Part shown: piece after piece, positions 8,748 through 18,361 of the stretch
How positions within the stretch are numbered: position 1 is the first letter of the stretch
Layout of the letters: every line of letters begins with the position of its first letter
Virus record (IMG/VR): IMGVR_UViG_3300015360_000024
Span: 64,001 to 128,000 of that record
Source of the DNA: a virus
Length of the DNA: 64,000 nucleotides
Direction: 5' to 3' (one strand)
The notes under the pieces: generated by a model
Told to the model about the DNA's origin: nothing
Database searches by the model: none
What the model saw: the letters and a program-made list of their open reading frames with translations, nothing else
Made by a program: the position numbers and the translations under genes

Positions 8748-10169
8748 ATGAACATCAAAGTCGATGGGTGGTCGTGGATTAAGCTCGATGAAATGGGCGA
8801 TGCCACTGCGAGCGTCATGCGCAGACGGCTTACGCTCGTTGAGTCGATTAAGAGATCTGCGTTCACACATCGCGCCTTCCAGGAGAAGGATGGTCTGCTT
8901 GGTGTTCCACGCTCGTTCTTCAGATCATCAGCGACCGTAAATCACAACGTCGTCTATAAAACCTCAAGCGGACTGCAGTGGCCAGACAGGGTGAAGGCTG
9001 GCCCAGAAGATCCGTGGGCTGCAGCTCAAGACGGTGATGTCGACGAGCTAGTTCTAGCGGATGCCTTCACGGGCGAGAAGTCGGAAGACTTTTTTTCGAA
9101 GAACCAGAAGTATGGTATCGGCGAGATCTTGAGGGCGCTTGGTGGTTCGACGGTTGGCGATGGGATGGCGATCTTCACGTCGGAACACGCTGCCGCCAAG
9201 GTCTGCTTGTCACTCATCAAGGCCCTCAAGATGCGGACGCTGGTCCTTACGCCACCTGGTGCGCCCCTGGCGATGTGGCGCACCGTGGCCGGTCAGTATC
9301 TGCCGGACGCCAAGATCGGAACGATGCGTCAAGGGGAGAGGGATGAGGCCGATGCTCACATCACCGTAACGACCCTCGATGACGCCAGGGATTTCATCAC
9401 GCACGGCAAGATACAGAGCGACGAATTCGGCTTCATCATCTCCCATCAGATCCACAAGATGGACCCGATGACGTGGGTCAAGGTGGTGCCGTTCTTCTCG
9501 GCCGCTAAGCGACTTGGGCTTGTAGACCCCGAGGCGTCGTTCACCACTGGGCTATCGAGGGTGTATCGGTATCACCTCGGTGAGCCGGTCTTCTGTGCAG
9601 ATCCAGAGCTTGAGACGCCGAAGATACGCAGGGTCTGGTCGACGTGGAAGATCAGCAACTGGGCCAAGGTTAACCCAGCGTTTGTCTCCAAGCAGACGTT
9701 GCTCGATCACATGGGCACGAGCACGGTCTACAACCAGCAGCTCGTTGAGCAGATCGTCCAGGCACTCGTGGCCAACCGGAAGGTCGTTGTCGTGAGCGAG
9801 CGAGTTCCGCATCTCCAAATGCTGAAGAAGCAGATCGAGACGGCGTGGTCCGGAGCGGCCAAGGTAGTGGACTTCATGATCCATGGGATGCACTCCGAGG
9901 ACGTTGCCAAAGCCGCAGAAGCTAACGTCATCTTGACAACGTATGCTTACGTTAAATCTCTCCCTGAGATGCCAACTGTGGATACCGTCGTTCTGGCCTC
10001 TCCGGTACGAGACCCCTTACCAATCGTAATGGTTTGTTTATCTAGGCATGAATCAAAAAAGCCACCTGTTATCGTAGACATGCGCTGCGATGACATCCCG
10101 GTCTGCAAGGACTACGGAAAGTCTAGGGACGACGCGTACAGGTCGTCGTTTGGATCCAGTAACACTTGA
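8748..10169 (+). CDS. SF2 (UvsW/A18-like) helicase homolog with degenerate catalytic motifs
   Basis: Scaffold segments recognisable (KTLVL-like RTLVLTP, EFGFII, RKVVVVSERVPHL, TVDTVVLASP, PPVIVDMRCD) but GKT, DExH and SAT motifs are absent. Confidence 0.72.
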   Translation: MNIKVDGWSWIKLDEMGDATASVMRRRLTLVESIKRSAFTHRAFQEKDGLLGVPRSFFRSSATVNHNVVYKTSSGLQWPDRVKAGPEDPWAAAQDGDVDELVLADAFTGEKSEDFFSKNQKYGIGEILRALGGSTVGDGMAIFTSEHAAAKVCLSLIKALKMRTLVLTPPGAPLAMWRTVAGQYLPDAKIGTMRQGERDEADAHITVTTLDDARDFITHGKIQSDEFGFIISHQIHKMDPMTWVKVVPFFSAAKRLGLVDPEASFTTGLSRVYRYHLGEPVFCADPELETPKIRRVWSTWKISNWAKVNPAFVSKQTLLDHMGTSTVYNQQLVEQIVQALVANRKVVVVSERVPHLQMLKKQIETAWSGAAKVVDFMIHGMHSEDVAKAAEANVILTTYAYVKSLPEMPTVDTVVLASPVRDPLPIVMVCLSRHESKKPPVIVDMRCDDIPVCKDYGKSRDDAYRSSFGSSNT

Positions 10170-10176
10170 CGGAAGA

Positions 10177-10205
10177 TTGACAGTCGCGGATCTATTATAT
10201 AGTTT
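10177..10205 (+). promoter_or_regulatory. sigma70-type promoter
   Basis: TTGACA-N17-TAGTTT. Confidence 0.65.
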
Positions 10206-10211
10206 GATCGA

Positions 10212-10793
10212 TTGATGGGGGCTCAGATGAACGAAAACGACAAGACCAGCGGCCAATCAAATGGAAAGGCTGCGGCTCCCAAAACCGAATGGACGTATCG
10301 CGGCTGGTACGAAGAGAATAAGGCTGCGCTCTCAAAGAGACGCAAAGAGCGCTACCACAAGGACAAGGAATACCGCGAAAAGGTCTTAGAGCAGAATAAG
10401 GATTACCGAGCAAAGAAGGCTCAGGATAAGCCACAGACGTCGAAGACCAAGGTTCGTACTCCCAAGCATCGCAAGCCCGTCTCCATGAAGGTGAAGATCG
10501 GCGGCAAGTCTCAGGAGGTCAATATGGTCCACGTTGGTGCATTTGCTCGTGCGATCGGACGCAGTGTCCCTACGATTCATCAGTGGGAGCGTGTTGGACT
10601 TCTGCCGAGGACGCCGTTTAACCTGAACGGAAAAAACAAACAGGAACGGCTCTACACCGCCGAGATGATCGGCGTGGTTCGTGATGTCCTGAAGACACGC
10701 GGGGCGACTGTCTCTGCATCGGACACTGCGTTCCGGATGGAAATTGAGAACGGGTGGTGCGGCCTCGGTATCGTCATCAAGGAAGAATCATGA
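10212..10793 (+). CDS. MerR-like HTH DNA-binding protein
   Basis: VGAFARAIGRSVPTIHQWERVGLLPRTP...RLYTAEMI; basic N-terminal half; start may be 10227. Confidence 0.7.
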   Translation: MMGAQMNENDKTSGQSNGKAAAPKTEWTYRGWYEENKAALSKRRKERYHKDKEYREKVLEQNKDYRAKKAQDKPQTSKTKVRTPKHRKPVSMKVKIGGKSQEVNMVHVGAFARAIGRSVPTIHQWERVGLLPRTPFNLNGKNKQERLYTAEMIGVVRDVLKTRGATVSASDTAFRMEIENGWCGLGIVIKEES

Positions 10794-11116
10794 GATCTGA
10801 GAAGTCGGTCAACTCGAAGATTTTCGTCACAAGGACTATTGGAACAAAGGGTAATGTCTCATCCAGCACCGAGGACGAAGACGTCATTGCCGTGCATAAA
10901 TTCGAGACAGAGCCTGCCAAGGTTATGGTCGACTATGCGTTAACGATTAACCTTGGAAATTTCGAATCGGCGAAGATCGGCGTGTCTGTCACAGTGCCGT
11001 GCTACGTCGAGGAAGTAGATAAGGCCTATGAGTTCGCTCAGGCCTGGGCCGAGGAACGTCTGACCAAGGAACGTGACATGGTCACCTCGGGTCGCAACGG
11101 ACAGAGCCCACTCTAG
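10790..11116 (+). CDS. conserved phage hypothetical protein
   Basis: ATGA overlap with the previous gene; TINLGNFESAKIGVSV motif familiar from phage replication regions. Confidence 0.65.
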   Translation: MRSEKSVNSKIFVTRTIGTKGNVSSSTEDEDVIAVHKFETEPAKVMVDYALTINLGNFESAKIGVSVTVPCYVEEVDKAYEFAQAWAEERLTKERDMVTSGRNGQSPL

Positions 11117-11123
11117 GAGTCGT

Positions 11124-12302
11124 ATGGCGAAGAAGACCAAAGAAGAAGAGAAGCCGAAGATCGCCGACGACCGAGACGAACAACTCGGCCTGTACTTCAA
11201 GCAGGCCGAGAAGAACTACGGCAAAGGCGCCGTACAGTTTGCCATCGATCACGGCCATGAGAACATGCCAAGGATCACGACGGGCGTGATGCCACTCGAC
11301 GTGAGCCTCGGCGGCGGCCTTCCTGTCGGTCGCGTGTCGATGTTCTATGGGCCGAAGTCTTCGTCGAAGACGACGTGTTTCCTTCGTTCTCTTGGTCGCG
11401 CACAGAGGATGTGCTCGAACTGCTGGACGGCTGCCTTTCCGATTTGGAAGGTCGACGTGTCCGGGCTTAAGCCGAAGTGCGAGTGTGGCGAATACCGCAA
11501 GGTCAATGCTGCATGGCTGGACGTCGAAGGCGTATGGGATCCGGTGTGGTCCAGGAAGTTCCTGGATATCGAACGAATCGTCTTCTCGTCGCCTGAGACC
11601 GGCGAGCAGGCATGTGATATCGCTGACTCGTTGCTCAGGTCAGGCGCGGTTGACATCATCGTGATCGACTCCGTTGCCTTCATGACGGCGGTAGCCGAGA
11701 TCGAGCGCTCGTCGACTGAGCCAACAATGGGAACCCAGGCGAGACTCCTGGGGACGATGTTCCGCAAGCTGGTCTCTGGAACAAACGCGGTTAATCAGCG
11801 TGACGGGCGTCGTCCGACTGTGTGGTTCACGAACCAGATCCGAAACAAGATCGGCGTGATGTTCGGTAACCCGGAGACAGTCCCGGGCGGCTACGCGCAG
11901 GGTTTTGCAACGTCTACCGAGACGAGGTTCTCCGCAGGTAAATACGCCGAGGACAAGGAGACAAAGATTATAACCAGTGCGGAGATGAAATTCCGCAATG
12001 AGAAGAACAAGACCGGCGTGGCCAAGATGGAGGGCGAGTACAAGCTCGTGCTCCACGATACCGAGGTGAAGAAGGTTGGCGACGTGATCGATGAGGACTA
12101 CACGATGAAGATGGGCGCGCAGTGCGGCCTTGTTGAATTCGGTCGCGGTCGGGCAGCGACTGTCTGGGAGGGCCAGGAGTTCGATGGTCGCTCGCTGCTG
12201 GAGCGTCACTGGATGGTCAACCGCGATGAGTACGAGGCGTTCAAGCTGAAGCTGCTCAATCACGTCAGGACTGTCGTTATCGAGCACGAGGCTCAGCTTT
12301 GA
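11124..12302 (+). CDS. recA: RecA/UvsX-like recombinase
   Basis: LDVSLGGGLPVGRVSMFYGPKSSSKTT, IIVIDSVA, NQIRNKIGVMFGNPETVPGG; SD AGGAG. Confidence 0.93.
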   Translation: MAKKTKEEEKPKIADDRDEQLGLYFKQAEKNYGKGAVQFAIDHGHENMPRITTGVMPLDVSLGGGLPVGRVSMFYGPKSSSKTTCFLRSLGRAQRMCSNCWTAAFPIWKVDVSGLKPKCECGEYRKVNAAWLDVEGVWDPVWSRKFLDIERIVFSSPETGEQACDIADSLLRSGAVDIIVIDSVAFMTAVAEIERSSTEPTMGTQARLLGTMFRKLVSGTNAVNQRDGRRPTVWFTNQIRNKIGVMFGNPETVPGGYAQGFATSTETRFSAGKYAEDKETKIITSAEMKFRNEKNKTGVAKMEGEYKLVLHDTEVKKVGDVIDEDYTMKMGAQCGLVEFGRGRAATVWEGQEFDGRSLLERHWMVNRDEYEAFKLKLLNHVRTVVIEHEAQL

Positions 12303-12688
12303 ACGAGGAGGTCCCAAAGCCTCGTATGCCGGCGTACTTCGATGGTCGCGAGAAGAAGAAGATCCGTGCGAAGTCGATCGCTCAGGAAAAGCGTATCGCC
12401 AAGAATACTGGCGGTCGCCGGCAGAAGGCGTCTGGGGCCCTCCCTGGTTCGAAGGGGGACGTTCGGGCCGTAGAGCTGCTTGCGGAGTGCAAGCGTACAG
12501 ACAAGAAGTCCATATCGATTACGATCGAGTACCTGGCCAAGATCACCCAAGAGGCGGGCTTCTATAACAAGATCCCGTGCGTGGCGATCGAGATAGACAA
12601 TCCGCCGAAGTTCGTCAATAGAGACTGGGTGCTGCTCCCAGCTGGATTCGTGCAGGAATTGCTAGAGGTCTATCGTGGAGGAAAATAG
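12299..12688 (+). CDS. Hjc-like (PD-(D/E)xK) Holliday junction resolvase
   Basis: GGRRQKASGA...KGDV...AECKRT motif; adjacent to recA. Confidence 0.7.
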   Translation: MNEEVPKPRMPAYFDGREKKKIRAKSIAQEKRIAKNTGGRRQKASGALPGSKGDVRAVELLAECKRTDKKSISITIEYLAKITQEAGFYNKIPCVAIEIDNPPKFVNRDWVLLPAGFVQELLEVYRGGK

Positions 12689-13133
12689 CGTTAGCGAGCC
12701 AGTTGAGCCGGTTCGTCCGCCGCCGCTTCCAGTTTCCGAGAATGAGCTGGCGGCGATCGATGAAGTGATCACCCACGTGGCCAAGATCGGCAAGGAGCGG
12801 GGGGTGACGTGCGAGACCTTACGCCAGGTTCATGAGAATGCTGGGCTGTGCAGGCGTGCGGATGAACTGATCGCCGAAACGCTGACGTCGCTCAGGAAGG
12901 GCGTCCCCGATGATACAGCCGAGAAGTTCTTTGAGCGTCTAACGAAGGTTGTCGACGACTGGCGGGATCGCGACGAGCAGATGACACTGGGTGTCGTGTT
13001 TATCCGATTTATGGACACGATGACCTATATGATCGCCTACAAGCAGAAGTTTCGAGGCGTCGCCAGGACGTCATCTATCTCAAAGGCTGATGCCCTGGCG
13101 GTCCTCAAAGAGCGCGGTCTTACGAAAAGGTAA
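12675..13133 (+). CDS. hypothetical protein
   Basis: 152-aa ORF in an operon-like run. Confidence 0.65.
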   Translation: MEENSVSEPVEPVRPPPLPVSENELAAIDEVITHVAKIGKERGVTCETLRQVHENAGLCRRADELIAETLTSLRKGVPDDTAEKFFERLTKVVDDWRDRDEQMTLGVVFIRFMDTMTYMIAYKQKFRGVARTSSISKADALAVLKERGLTKR

Positions 13134-13137
13134 TCAG

Positions 13138-13401
13138 ATGAAGAGTAGAATTCAGATGGCAGGCGTGGCGCACGGTTCCCAGGAGAATGTGATCTGGAAG
13201 GGTGCCCTTCCGGTGCTCTCCGGGATTCCTGGCATGCGATTCACATTGCACACGCCGCCAGGCGATGACACCAAGGAAGCCGTAAACGCTTTCACCTTCA
13301 AGCAGGTGACGTGGGAGATCAATACTGTTACTGGCGAAACAGAACAGGTTATTTATGTCGCTAAGGTCGATCGCTCAACCAAGCAAGAGCTGACGGAATA
13401 G
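13138..13401 (+). CDS. hypothetical protein
   Basis: ORF filling the gap; start inferred. Confidence 0.55.
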   Translation: MKSRIQMAGVAHGSQENVIWKGALPVLSGIPGMRFTLHTPPGDDTKEAVNAFTFKQVTWEINTVTGETEQVIYVAKVDRSTKQELTE

Positions 13402-13406
13402 CGCAT

Positions 13407-13694
13407 GTGCTTGGCTGGCTCCGGCGGAAGAGGATGATCAATCAGCAGCACTCCATCGAAGAGGCCCTGCTTCAGCAGGCGGCTGTCTCGTTGCGTGATG
13501 GCAGTAGATTCCAGTTCCGTGTGGCTGAAATCGGCGAGGGCGCTGATGAGATCAGAAGGTTCGTTGTCAAGCTGACAACCACCCTCGGGGAATGCGTTCG
13601 AGCCAGTTGCGCTCACGGTCTACTTACCGTTTACCTGGACAACGACAAAGACGGAACGTCAGTGGTGACTGCTACCGTTGAGCGTCCTAGATAG
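13407..13694 (+). CDS. hypothetical protein
   Basis: 95-aa ORF filling the gap. Confidence 0.55.
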   Translation: MLGWLRRKRMINQQHSIEEALLQQAAVSLRDGSRFQFRVAEIGEGADEIRRFVVKLTTTLGECVRASCAHGLLTVYLDNDKDGTSVVTATVERPR

Positions 13695-13702
13695 ACGAAT
13701 CC

Positions 13703-14044
13703 ATGGCGTATCTCGTAGCAAATAGGAAGAAGTTCACACTGCCAGCGGACGGCGCAGTGGAGATCCGGGTGGAATTGGCTGGAGACCTCGCTCCGATCCC
13801 TAGGGTTTGGTTGCAGTGCAATCCATGTGGTGACGAACTTCAGGAGGCGCAGCGCTCGATGTTCGAGTGCCCAGGATGTGGCTACGAGTTGACCTCAAAT
13901 GAGGCCGGGTTACTGGCTCAGAGGCATGTAGATGCACTTCGCGCCAGATTTGACATGCCGGACCTGAAAATCAAAAGGGGGCTGTTGTGGCGCTTTCTAG
14001 GCTTGTTCGCAAACAGAAAAAGACTTCCAGCGCCAAAGAGTTGA
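13703..14044 (+). CDS. zinc-ribbon protein
   Basis: CNPC...CPGC. Confidence 0.65.
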   Translation: MAYLVANRKKFTLPADGAVEIRVELAGDLAPIPRVWLQCNPCGDELQEAQRSMFECPGCGYELTSNEAGLLAQRHVDALRARFDMPDLKIKRGLLWRFLGLFANRKRLPAPKS

Positions 14045-14055
14045 TTGAGGCTGCC

Positions 14056-14883
14056 ATGCGTCAGGCCATCGCGGAATTTCCGCCGATGAAGCCGGACGAC
14101 TGGTTCAGGATCTCATCGATCGGCGGAATCTGTCCACGGGCCGAGGTGTTGAGGGCTCGCCTGAACGTCCCAAGGCGAGCTGGTATCGATCCGAATCTCG
14201 GGCTGACGTTCGAGTTCGGTCATGACGTGCATCACCTGATGCAGAACAAGGTTATGGCGGCAACCGGCAGGATTATTGGATCCTGGCGTTGCACCTGGTG
14301 CGGCGAGGTCTACGGCTCATTGGCTGAGGGCCTGGTTCCGCGTCCAGAACAATGTATCCGATGCGGTGGCGTTGCCGGCGAGGCCAGGCGCGTTCATAAC
14401 CGGCCAATCGCAACTGAGCGTACCGAGTCGTTCTGGTTCACCGAGGAGTGGGTCGGGAACGCTGAGTATATGATCGGGGGCAGCCCAGACGGGTATTTCG
14501 TCGACGGAGACCTGGCCAAGTACACCAACGACGACATCGTGGTTCTGGAGTTTAAGAGCTGCTCGGAGAACAACTTCGCGAAGTACGTGAAGGCGCCGGA
14601 CTTCATGCACGTGATCCAGTGTCAGTGCTATATGTGGCTCACCGGGTTCAAGAGGGCCAAGATCTTGTACATCAACAAGGGCGTATTTGGCTTAGATGGT
14701 CTCGTCGAGCACGACATCAAGTACGATGCGGAAACGATCTCCATGGTACAGAGAGGGCTGAAGCAGATCCGGTCTGGGCTGACGGGCGGGGAGGTGCCTC
14801 CTCGTGAACTGTGTAGCGATGCGGGATGTCCCAGAGCGAATGGATGCGAAGTGTCAAAGGCGTGTTTCTCTGGAGGTCTCTGA
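14056..14883 (+). CDS. Cas4-like/RecB-family PD-(D/E)xK exonuclease (4Fe-4S type)
   Basis: N-terminal Cys (GGICPR), GSPDG, LEFKS, QCQCY and a C-terminal C-x4-C-x5-C-x5-C cluster. Confidence 0.8.
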   Translation: MRQAIAEFPPMKPDDWFRISSIGGICPRAEVLRARLNVPRRAGIDPNLGLTFEFGHDVHHLMQNKVMAATGRIIGSWRCTWCGEVYGSLAEGLVPRPEQCIRCGGVAGEARRVHNRPIATERTESFWFTEEWVGNAEYMIGGSPDGYFVDGDLAKYTNDDIVVLEFKSCSENNFAKYVKAPDFMHVIQCQCYMWLTGFKRAKILYINKGVFGLDGLVEHDIKYDAETISMVQRGLKQIRSGLTGGEVPPRELCSDAGCPRANGCEVSKACFSGGL

Positions 14884-15242
14884 TGCAGAAACCGATCATC
14901 CTCAATACCGAGTGGGTTAGGCCGTTCGACGCCGGGTCGAGCACTCAGCCGTGCATGACCTGTTCAGGGAACAGCGCGCGGTGGATCGTCGGTAAGGCGC
15001 CTAATGCATACTTTTCGTGTGCCAGGTGCTTCCTCTACACGAGCCCGTGGGGCAAGGAACACAAGCTGCACATTCAGGAGTTCGTGGCGGAGGTTGAGGA
15101 GTCGATCAATAAGAAGATTTCAGACGAAGGCGTCGTCTGGTCGACTGAGGCTGATCGCATCCTGTCCTCAATCGTCGCGGTGTCTGGAATTGCCAAGGCA
15201 CGCTCTCAGCGGAGGCTCAGGGATGAAGGTACTGGGTCTTGA
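14883..15242 (+). CDS. hypothetical zinc-binding protein
   Basis: TGATG coupling; CMTC...CARC. Confidence 0.6.
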   Translation: MQKPIILNTEWVRPFDAGSSTQPCMTCSGNSARWIVGKAPNAYFSCARCFLYTSPWGKEHKLHIQEFVAEVEESINKKISDEGVVWSTEADRILSSIVAVSGIAKARSQRRLRDEGTGS

Positions 15243-15843
15243 TCTAAGTCTTCGCGGCACCGGGATCTGCGTTCTGGAGGGAGATCCTGGTCAGGAGCCG
15301 AAGATGCGGACCGAGCTGGTTCCCCAGCCGGAAGCAAAGACCGTTGAGGAGCGCGTCCTCCGGCTCGTGAAGATCACCGAGCGCATCGTCAGTCTCATCA
15401 ACGGCGAAGAGCCCGATCACATCATCATCGAGGCCCCGACAAAAGGCCAAGTCTGGCAACAAGCCGCCATCGGTGAGATCCACGGAGTCGTTAAGGTCCA
15501 GGTCTACCTAGCTAGCGGCAAGTTCCCGATGGTCAAGGAGGCCACGGAGATGCGTAAGGTCGTCGTTGGAACGATCAAACAGGTCTTCGTTACCTACGAA
15601 GATCGGAACGGCAAGAAGAAGCGCAGGGTGTCCCACGGCGAGATCCAAGGTGCCAACGGCAAGAAGAAACGAGCGACCGTCAAGGATGTCATCGAGGGGA
15701 GGCTGAGGGAGCGTGGGTTGACGTTTCCGAGCCAGGACGAGATGGACGCCTATGTCGCTGCAAGGTTTTGCTGGGGTAAGGTCACGCCCTCTCCGAGAGG
15801 CGGATCTGATGACCCAAAAGAAACGAAGGATGGGCAGTCATAA
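15223..15843 (+). CDS. ruvC: RuvC-like Holliday junction resolvase
   Basis: MKVLGLDLSLRGTG, HIIIEAP and DEMDAYVAA acidic motifs. Confidence 0.8.
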   Translation: MKVLGLDLSLRGTGICVLEGDPGQEPKMRTELVPQPEAKTVEERVLRLVKITERIVSLINGEEPDHIIIEAPTKGQVWQQAAIGEIHGVVKVQVYLASGKFPMVKEATEMRKVVVGTIKQVFVTYEDRNGKKKRRVSHGEIQGANGKKKRATVKDVIEGRLRERGLTFPSQDEMDAYVAARFCWGKVTPSPRGGSDDPKETKDGQS

Positions 15844-16177
15844 TCAGGTGCTCATCAGCGGTTATGTTGATGGCCGCGTTCTTTCTGGAAACACTGGAGA
15901 TGGCGGAGAAGCGTGCTCTTTTTCGGTTGCATCTGGCGATGCCGGACAGAAGGTTACGCGCGTTAGAGTTAACGCCTACGGATCTGTTGCCACGCAATGC
16001 GAACAAGAAAGCCGTGTTGGCGCGTACTGCGTAATCACTGGAGAATTGATGAATCGTCCCGGCAAGTTCGGGAAGCTCACAGAGATTAGGGCGAAAAAAG
16101 TGGAGTTCGTAGTCAACGTTGACAATGACGACCAAGGAGCATCAGATGCCGGACAAGAAAACCGAAAAGAAGACTGA
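15830..16177 (+). CDS. ssb: short OB-fold bacterial-type SSB
   Basis: NQVLISGYV...ACSFSVAS...RVRVNAYG...GAYCVITGEL; no xxPF tail. Confidence 0.72.
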   Translation: MGSHNQVLISGYVDGRVLSGNTGDGGEACSFSVASGDAGQKVTRVRVNAYGSVATQCEQESRVGAYCVITGELMNRPGKFGKLTEIRAKKVEFVVNVDNDDQGASDAGQENRKED

Positions 16178-16292
16178 GGACACGGGTTGCAGATCCTGTG
16201 GCGACAAGCGAGTGATGCTTTCGGAGGAGAAAGACTCTCCCGCCCGGTGCGCTGGCTGTGGTAAGGCTGTCCACCGACCTCAGACGAACTGA
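16146..16292 (+). CDS. 48-aa zinc-finger microprotein (below the ORF-track cutoff)
   Basis: SD AAGGAG; MPDKKTEKKTEDTGCRSCGDKRVMLSEEKDSPARCAGCGKAVHRPQTN. Confidence 0.6.
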   Translation: MPDKKTEKKTEDTGCRSCGDKRVMLSEEKDSPARCAGCGKAVHRPQTN

Positions 16293-16310
16293 ACCACCAG
16301 GGGGATCCAG

Positions 16311-17276
16311 ATGGGCACGACGACGCTTCGAGTAGTTGGCAACGGAGAGAAGAATACTGTCGGCGCCGGCAAGGTATCCGAAGAGGATCTTCTCAAATCC
16401 GAAACCCAACTTCGCAACGAGGCGAGGACCCTAGTTCGAGAGATCTCCCACAAGTATTGGGATCTTGGTCGCGTTCTCTACGACGTCTACGATGGCGTTC
16501 CTGGCGGTTACCGCGCACTGATGTCTGGTGACGGCTCGATGCGCGAGCGCACTTCGCTATTCGCGAAGTGGGGTTACGGCACCTTCGGTGACTATTGCGA
16601 GCAGGAAGTCGGGATCCAGAAGAGGACCGCCGAGAACCTACGCTACGCGTACTACTACTTCGCGATCCAGAACGAGCTACCGGAGTCGGCGATCAGTGAA
16701 CTGATCACCATCGGCCGCTCGAAGGTTTATCTGTTGGCTGGTCTCGCCACCAGAGACAGCATCGGGATCTGGGTAGAGAAGGCGAAGGAGCTGACCTTCG
16801 AGGAGCTAAAGAAGGTCGTCAAGGCTGCCAAGGCGGTTGCGGCTGGCAAGAATGTCGACACCGAGGAGCGCGATCAGGACCAGACGTCCATGTTCGACGA
16901 TCCGCGTCCGTCGTCGGAGCCAAAGTCTCCTGAGGCAAGTGCTGCGAAGCCACTCCAGAAGCCCGAGGAATGGCACACCGTCAGCGCTCAGATGGCCGAC
17001 TCGCAGTTCGAGACGTGGCAGACCGCCTTCAAGAAGGCGCAGAGCCTGTCCAACTCCGAGAAGGTTGGTCACAACCTGGAGCTGATCTGCCAGGACTTCC
17101 TCTCGAACAACGACTTCTCGAAGGTCAAAGATAAGGACCGCAGCGCTTACATCGCAAAGATGGAGCGTCGCCTTGGCGTTCTTGTCATCGCCATCGATCC
17201 AAACACCGGCAAGCCGGTTCACGGTCGCGATCTCCTCCACCGGATGATGAGCGCCAAAGAAGATCTGGAGAAGTAG
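16311..17276 (+). CDS. hypothetical protein, probably helical DNA-binding
   Basis: YWDLGRVLY...FGDYCEQEVGIQKRTAENLR; 321 aa with strong codon bias. Confidence 0.75.
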   Translation: MGTTTLRVVGNGEKNTVGAGKVSEEDLLKSETQLRNEARTLVREISHKYWDLGRVLYDVYDGVPGGYRALMSGDGSMRERTSLFAKWGYGTFGDYCEQEVGIQKRTAENLRYAYYYFAIQNELPESAISELITIGRSKVYLLAGLATRDSIGIWVEKAKELTFEELKKVVKAAKAVAAGKNVDTEERDQDQTSMFDDPRPSSEPKSPEASAAKPLQKPEEWHTVSAQMADSQFETWQTAFKKAQSLSNSEKVGHNLELICQDFLSNNDFSKVKDKDRSAYIAKMERRLGVLVIAIDPNTGKPVHGRDLLHRMMSAKEDLEK

Positions 17277-17750
17277 ATGGGGTTCGGTACGAAGAAGCGA
17301 CAGGTCCGAGAGGCCATCGCGAAGTGGGAATGCTTTGGATACCTCGGGTATGGCCAGGGTCGAAGCGTGGCTCAGTTCGGCGAGGACTATATGCCGGGCA
17401 GATCTGCCTGCATGGATATCTGTACCCGCGCAAGTGCTTGCAGGGCAGAGCACAACATCAAGATGAACCAACGGTACCCGCAGCTTGCGGTGCTCGTAAA
17501 AAATGCAGCCGGAATCGCGGAAGCGAGACATCTGGATGTCGTCGCAGAAGTCGTCTCGGCGATGACTCACGCTGTTGATCTTGGTCTTGATGAGGCTGCC
17601 GAGGTGAAACGTATCCTCGGTATCTTCAAGATCAACACGATGACCGACCACCACCGCTGTGGTCAGTTCGAGAACATCCAGGACGGCCTGAATAAGGTTC
17701 CTCCTGGATCCCGCAGTGCCGTAGGCGAGATGCTCGCCAAGGCGTCCTAA
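17277..17750 (+). CDS. hypothetical Cys-containing protein
   Basis: SD GGAG; abuts the previous stop. Confidence 0.65.
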   Translation: MGFGTKKRQVREAIAKWECFGYLGYGQGRSVAQFGEDYMPGRSACMDICTRASACRAEHNIKMNQRYPQLAVLVKNAAGIAEARHLDVVAEVVSAMTHAVDLGLDEAAEVKRILGIFKINTMTDHHRCGQFENIQDGLNKVPPGSRSAVGEMLAKAS

Positions 17751-17766
17751 CGACTAGATGGAGTAG

Positions 17767-18345
17767 ATGATGTCGTCACTGTTGAACGCTCAAGGAATGC
17801 CGATCGGCCGGGTTGGCCAAAGCCTCGTCCCTGACAAGGTTGGTGGTCTCGATTTCGGAGATCTGGAGCGTCTCTACGAAGTGGTGATGCAGCGTGCGAG
17901 GTCCAATAAGGGCGTCGCTGCGATCGAGAAGCGGGTCTACGTCCAACCGCAGAAGGTGGATGCGGCAATCGCATTCTGGAAACCCATTTACTTCAACACC
18001 ACGATCGACGGTCGTCTCATCAACGGCATCGAGGCTTTCGAGCTTGGTGATCCGGTGAAGACCCCCAGCGTGAAGTGCGACAAGGGTCCGTACATCGCCA
18101 TGTGCAATCTGATGGCTCTAGAGGCCATCAAAATCATGGGCGAGCAGATGCCGACAGCCGAGAAGGCCGTGCTCCTGGCGTTCGCCTCCGACCGCGAGAA
18201 AGAGATCGCTGTCTTCTGGAAGGAGATGTTCGCTCCAACCGAGTTCCAGGCCCAGTGGGCATGGGCGGCGGTCCTGGCGGTACTCGTCGGGAACCCAGGG
18301 GCCGCCTCTGAGCTGCTGGACAAGTATCGGGAACAGCTTACTTAA
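17767..18345 (+). CDS. hypothetical protein
   Basis: SD GGAG; 192 aa. Confidence 0.7.
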   Translation: MMSSLLNAQGMPIGRVGQSLVPDKVGGLDFGDLERLYEVVMQRARSNKGVAAIEKRVYVQPQKVDAAIAFWKPIYFNTTIDGRLINGIEAFELGDPVKTPSVKCDKGPYIAMCNLMALEAIKIMGEQMPTAEKAVLLAFASDREKEIAVFWKEMFAPTEFQAQWAWAAVLAVLVGNPGAASELLDKYREQLT

Positions 18346-18361
18346 TACTTTTTCCGGAGTT

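Noticed and set aside
14056-14883. Cas4-like gene as evidence of a CRISPR system
   Set aside because: No repeat-spacer array or other cas gene in the window; the context is recombination
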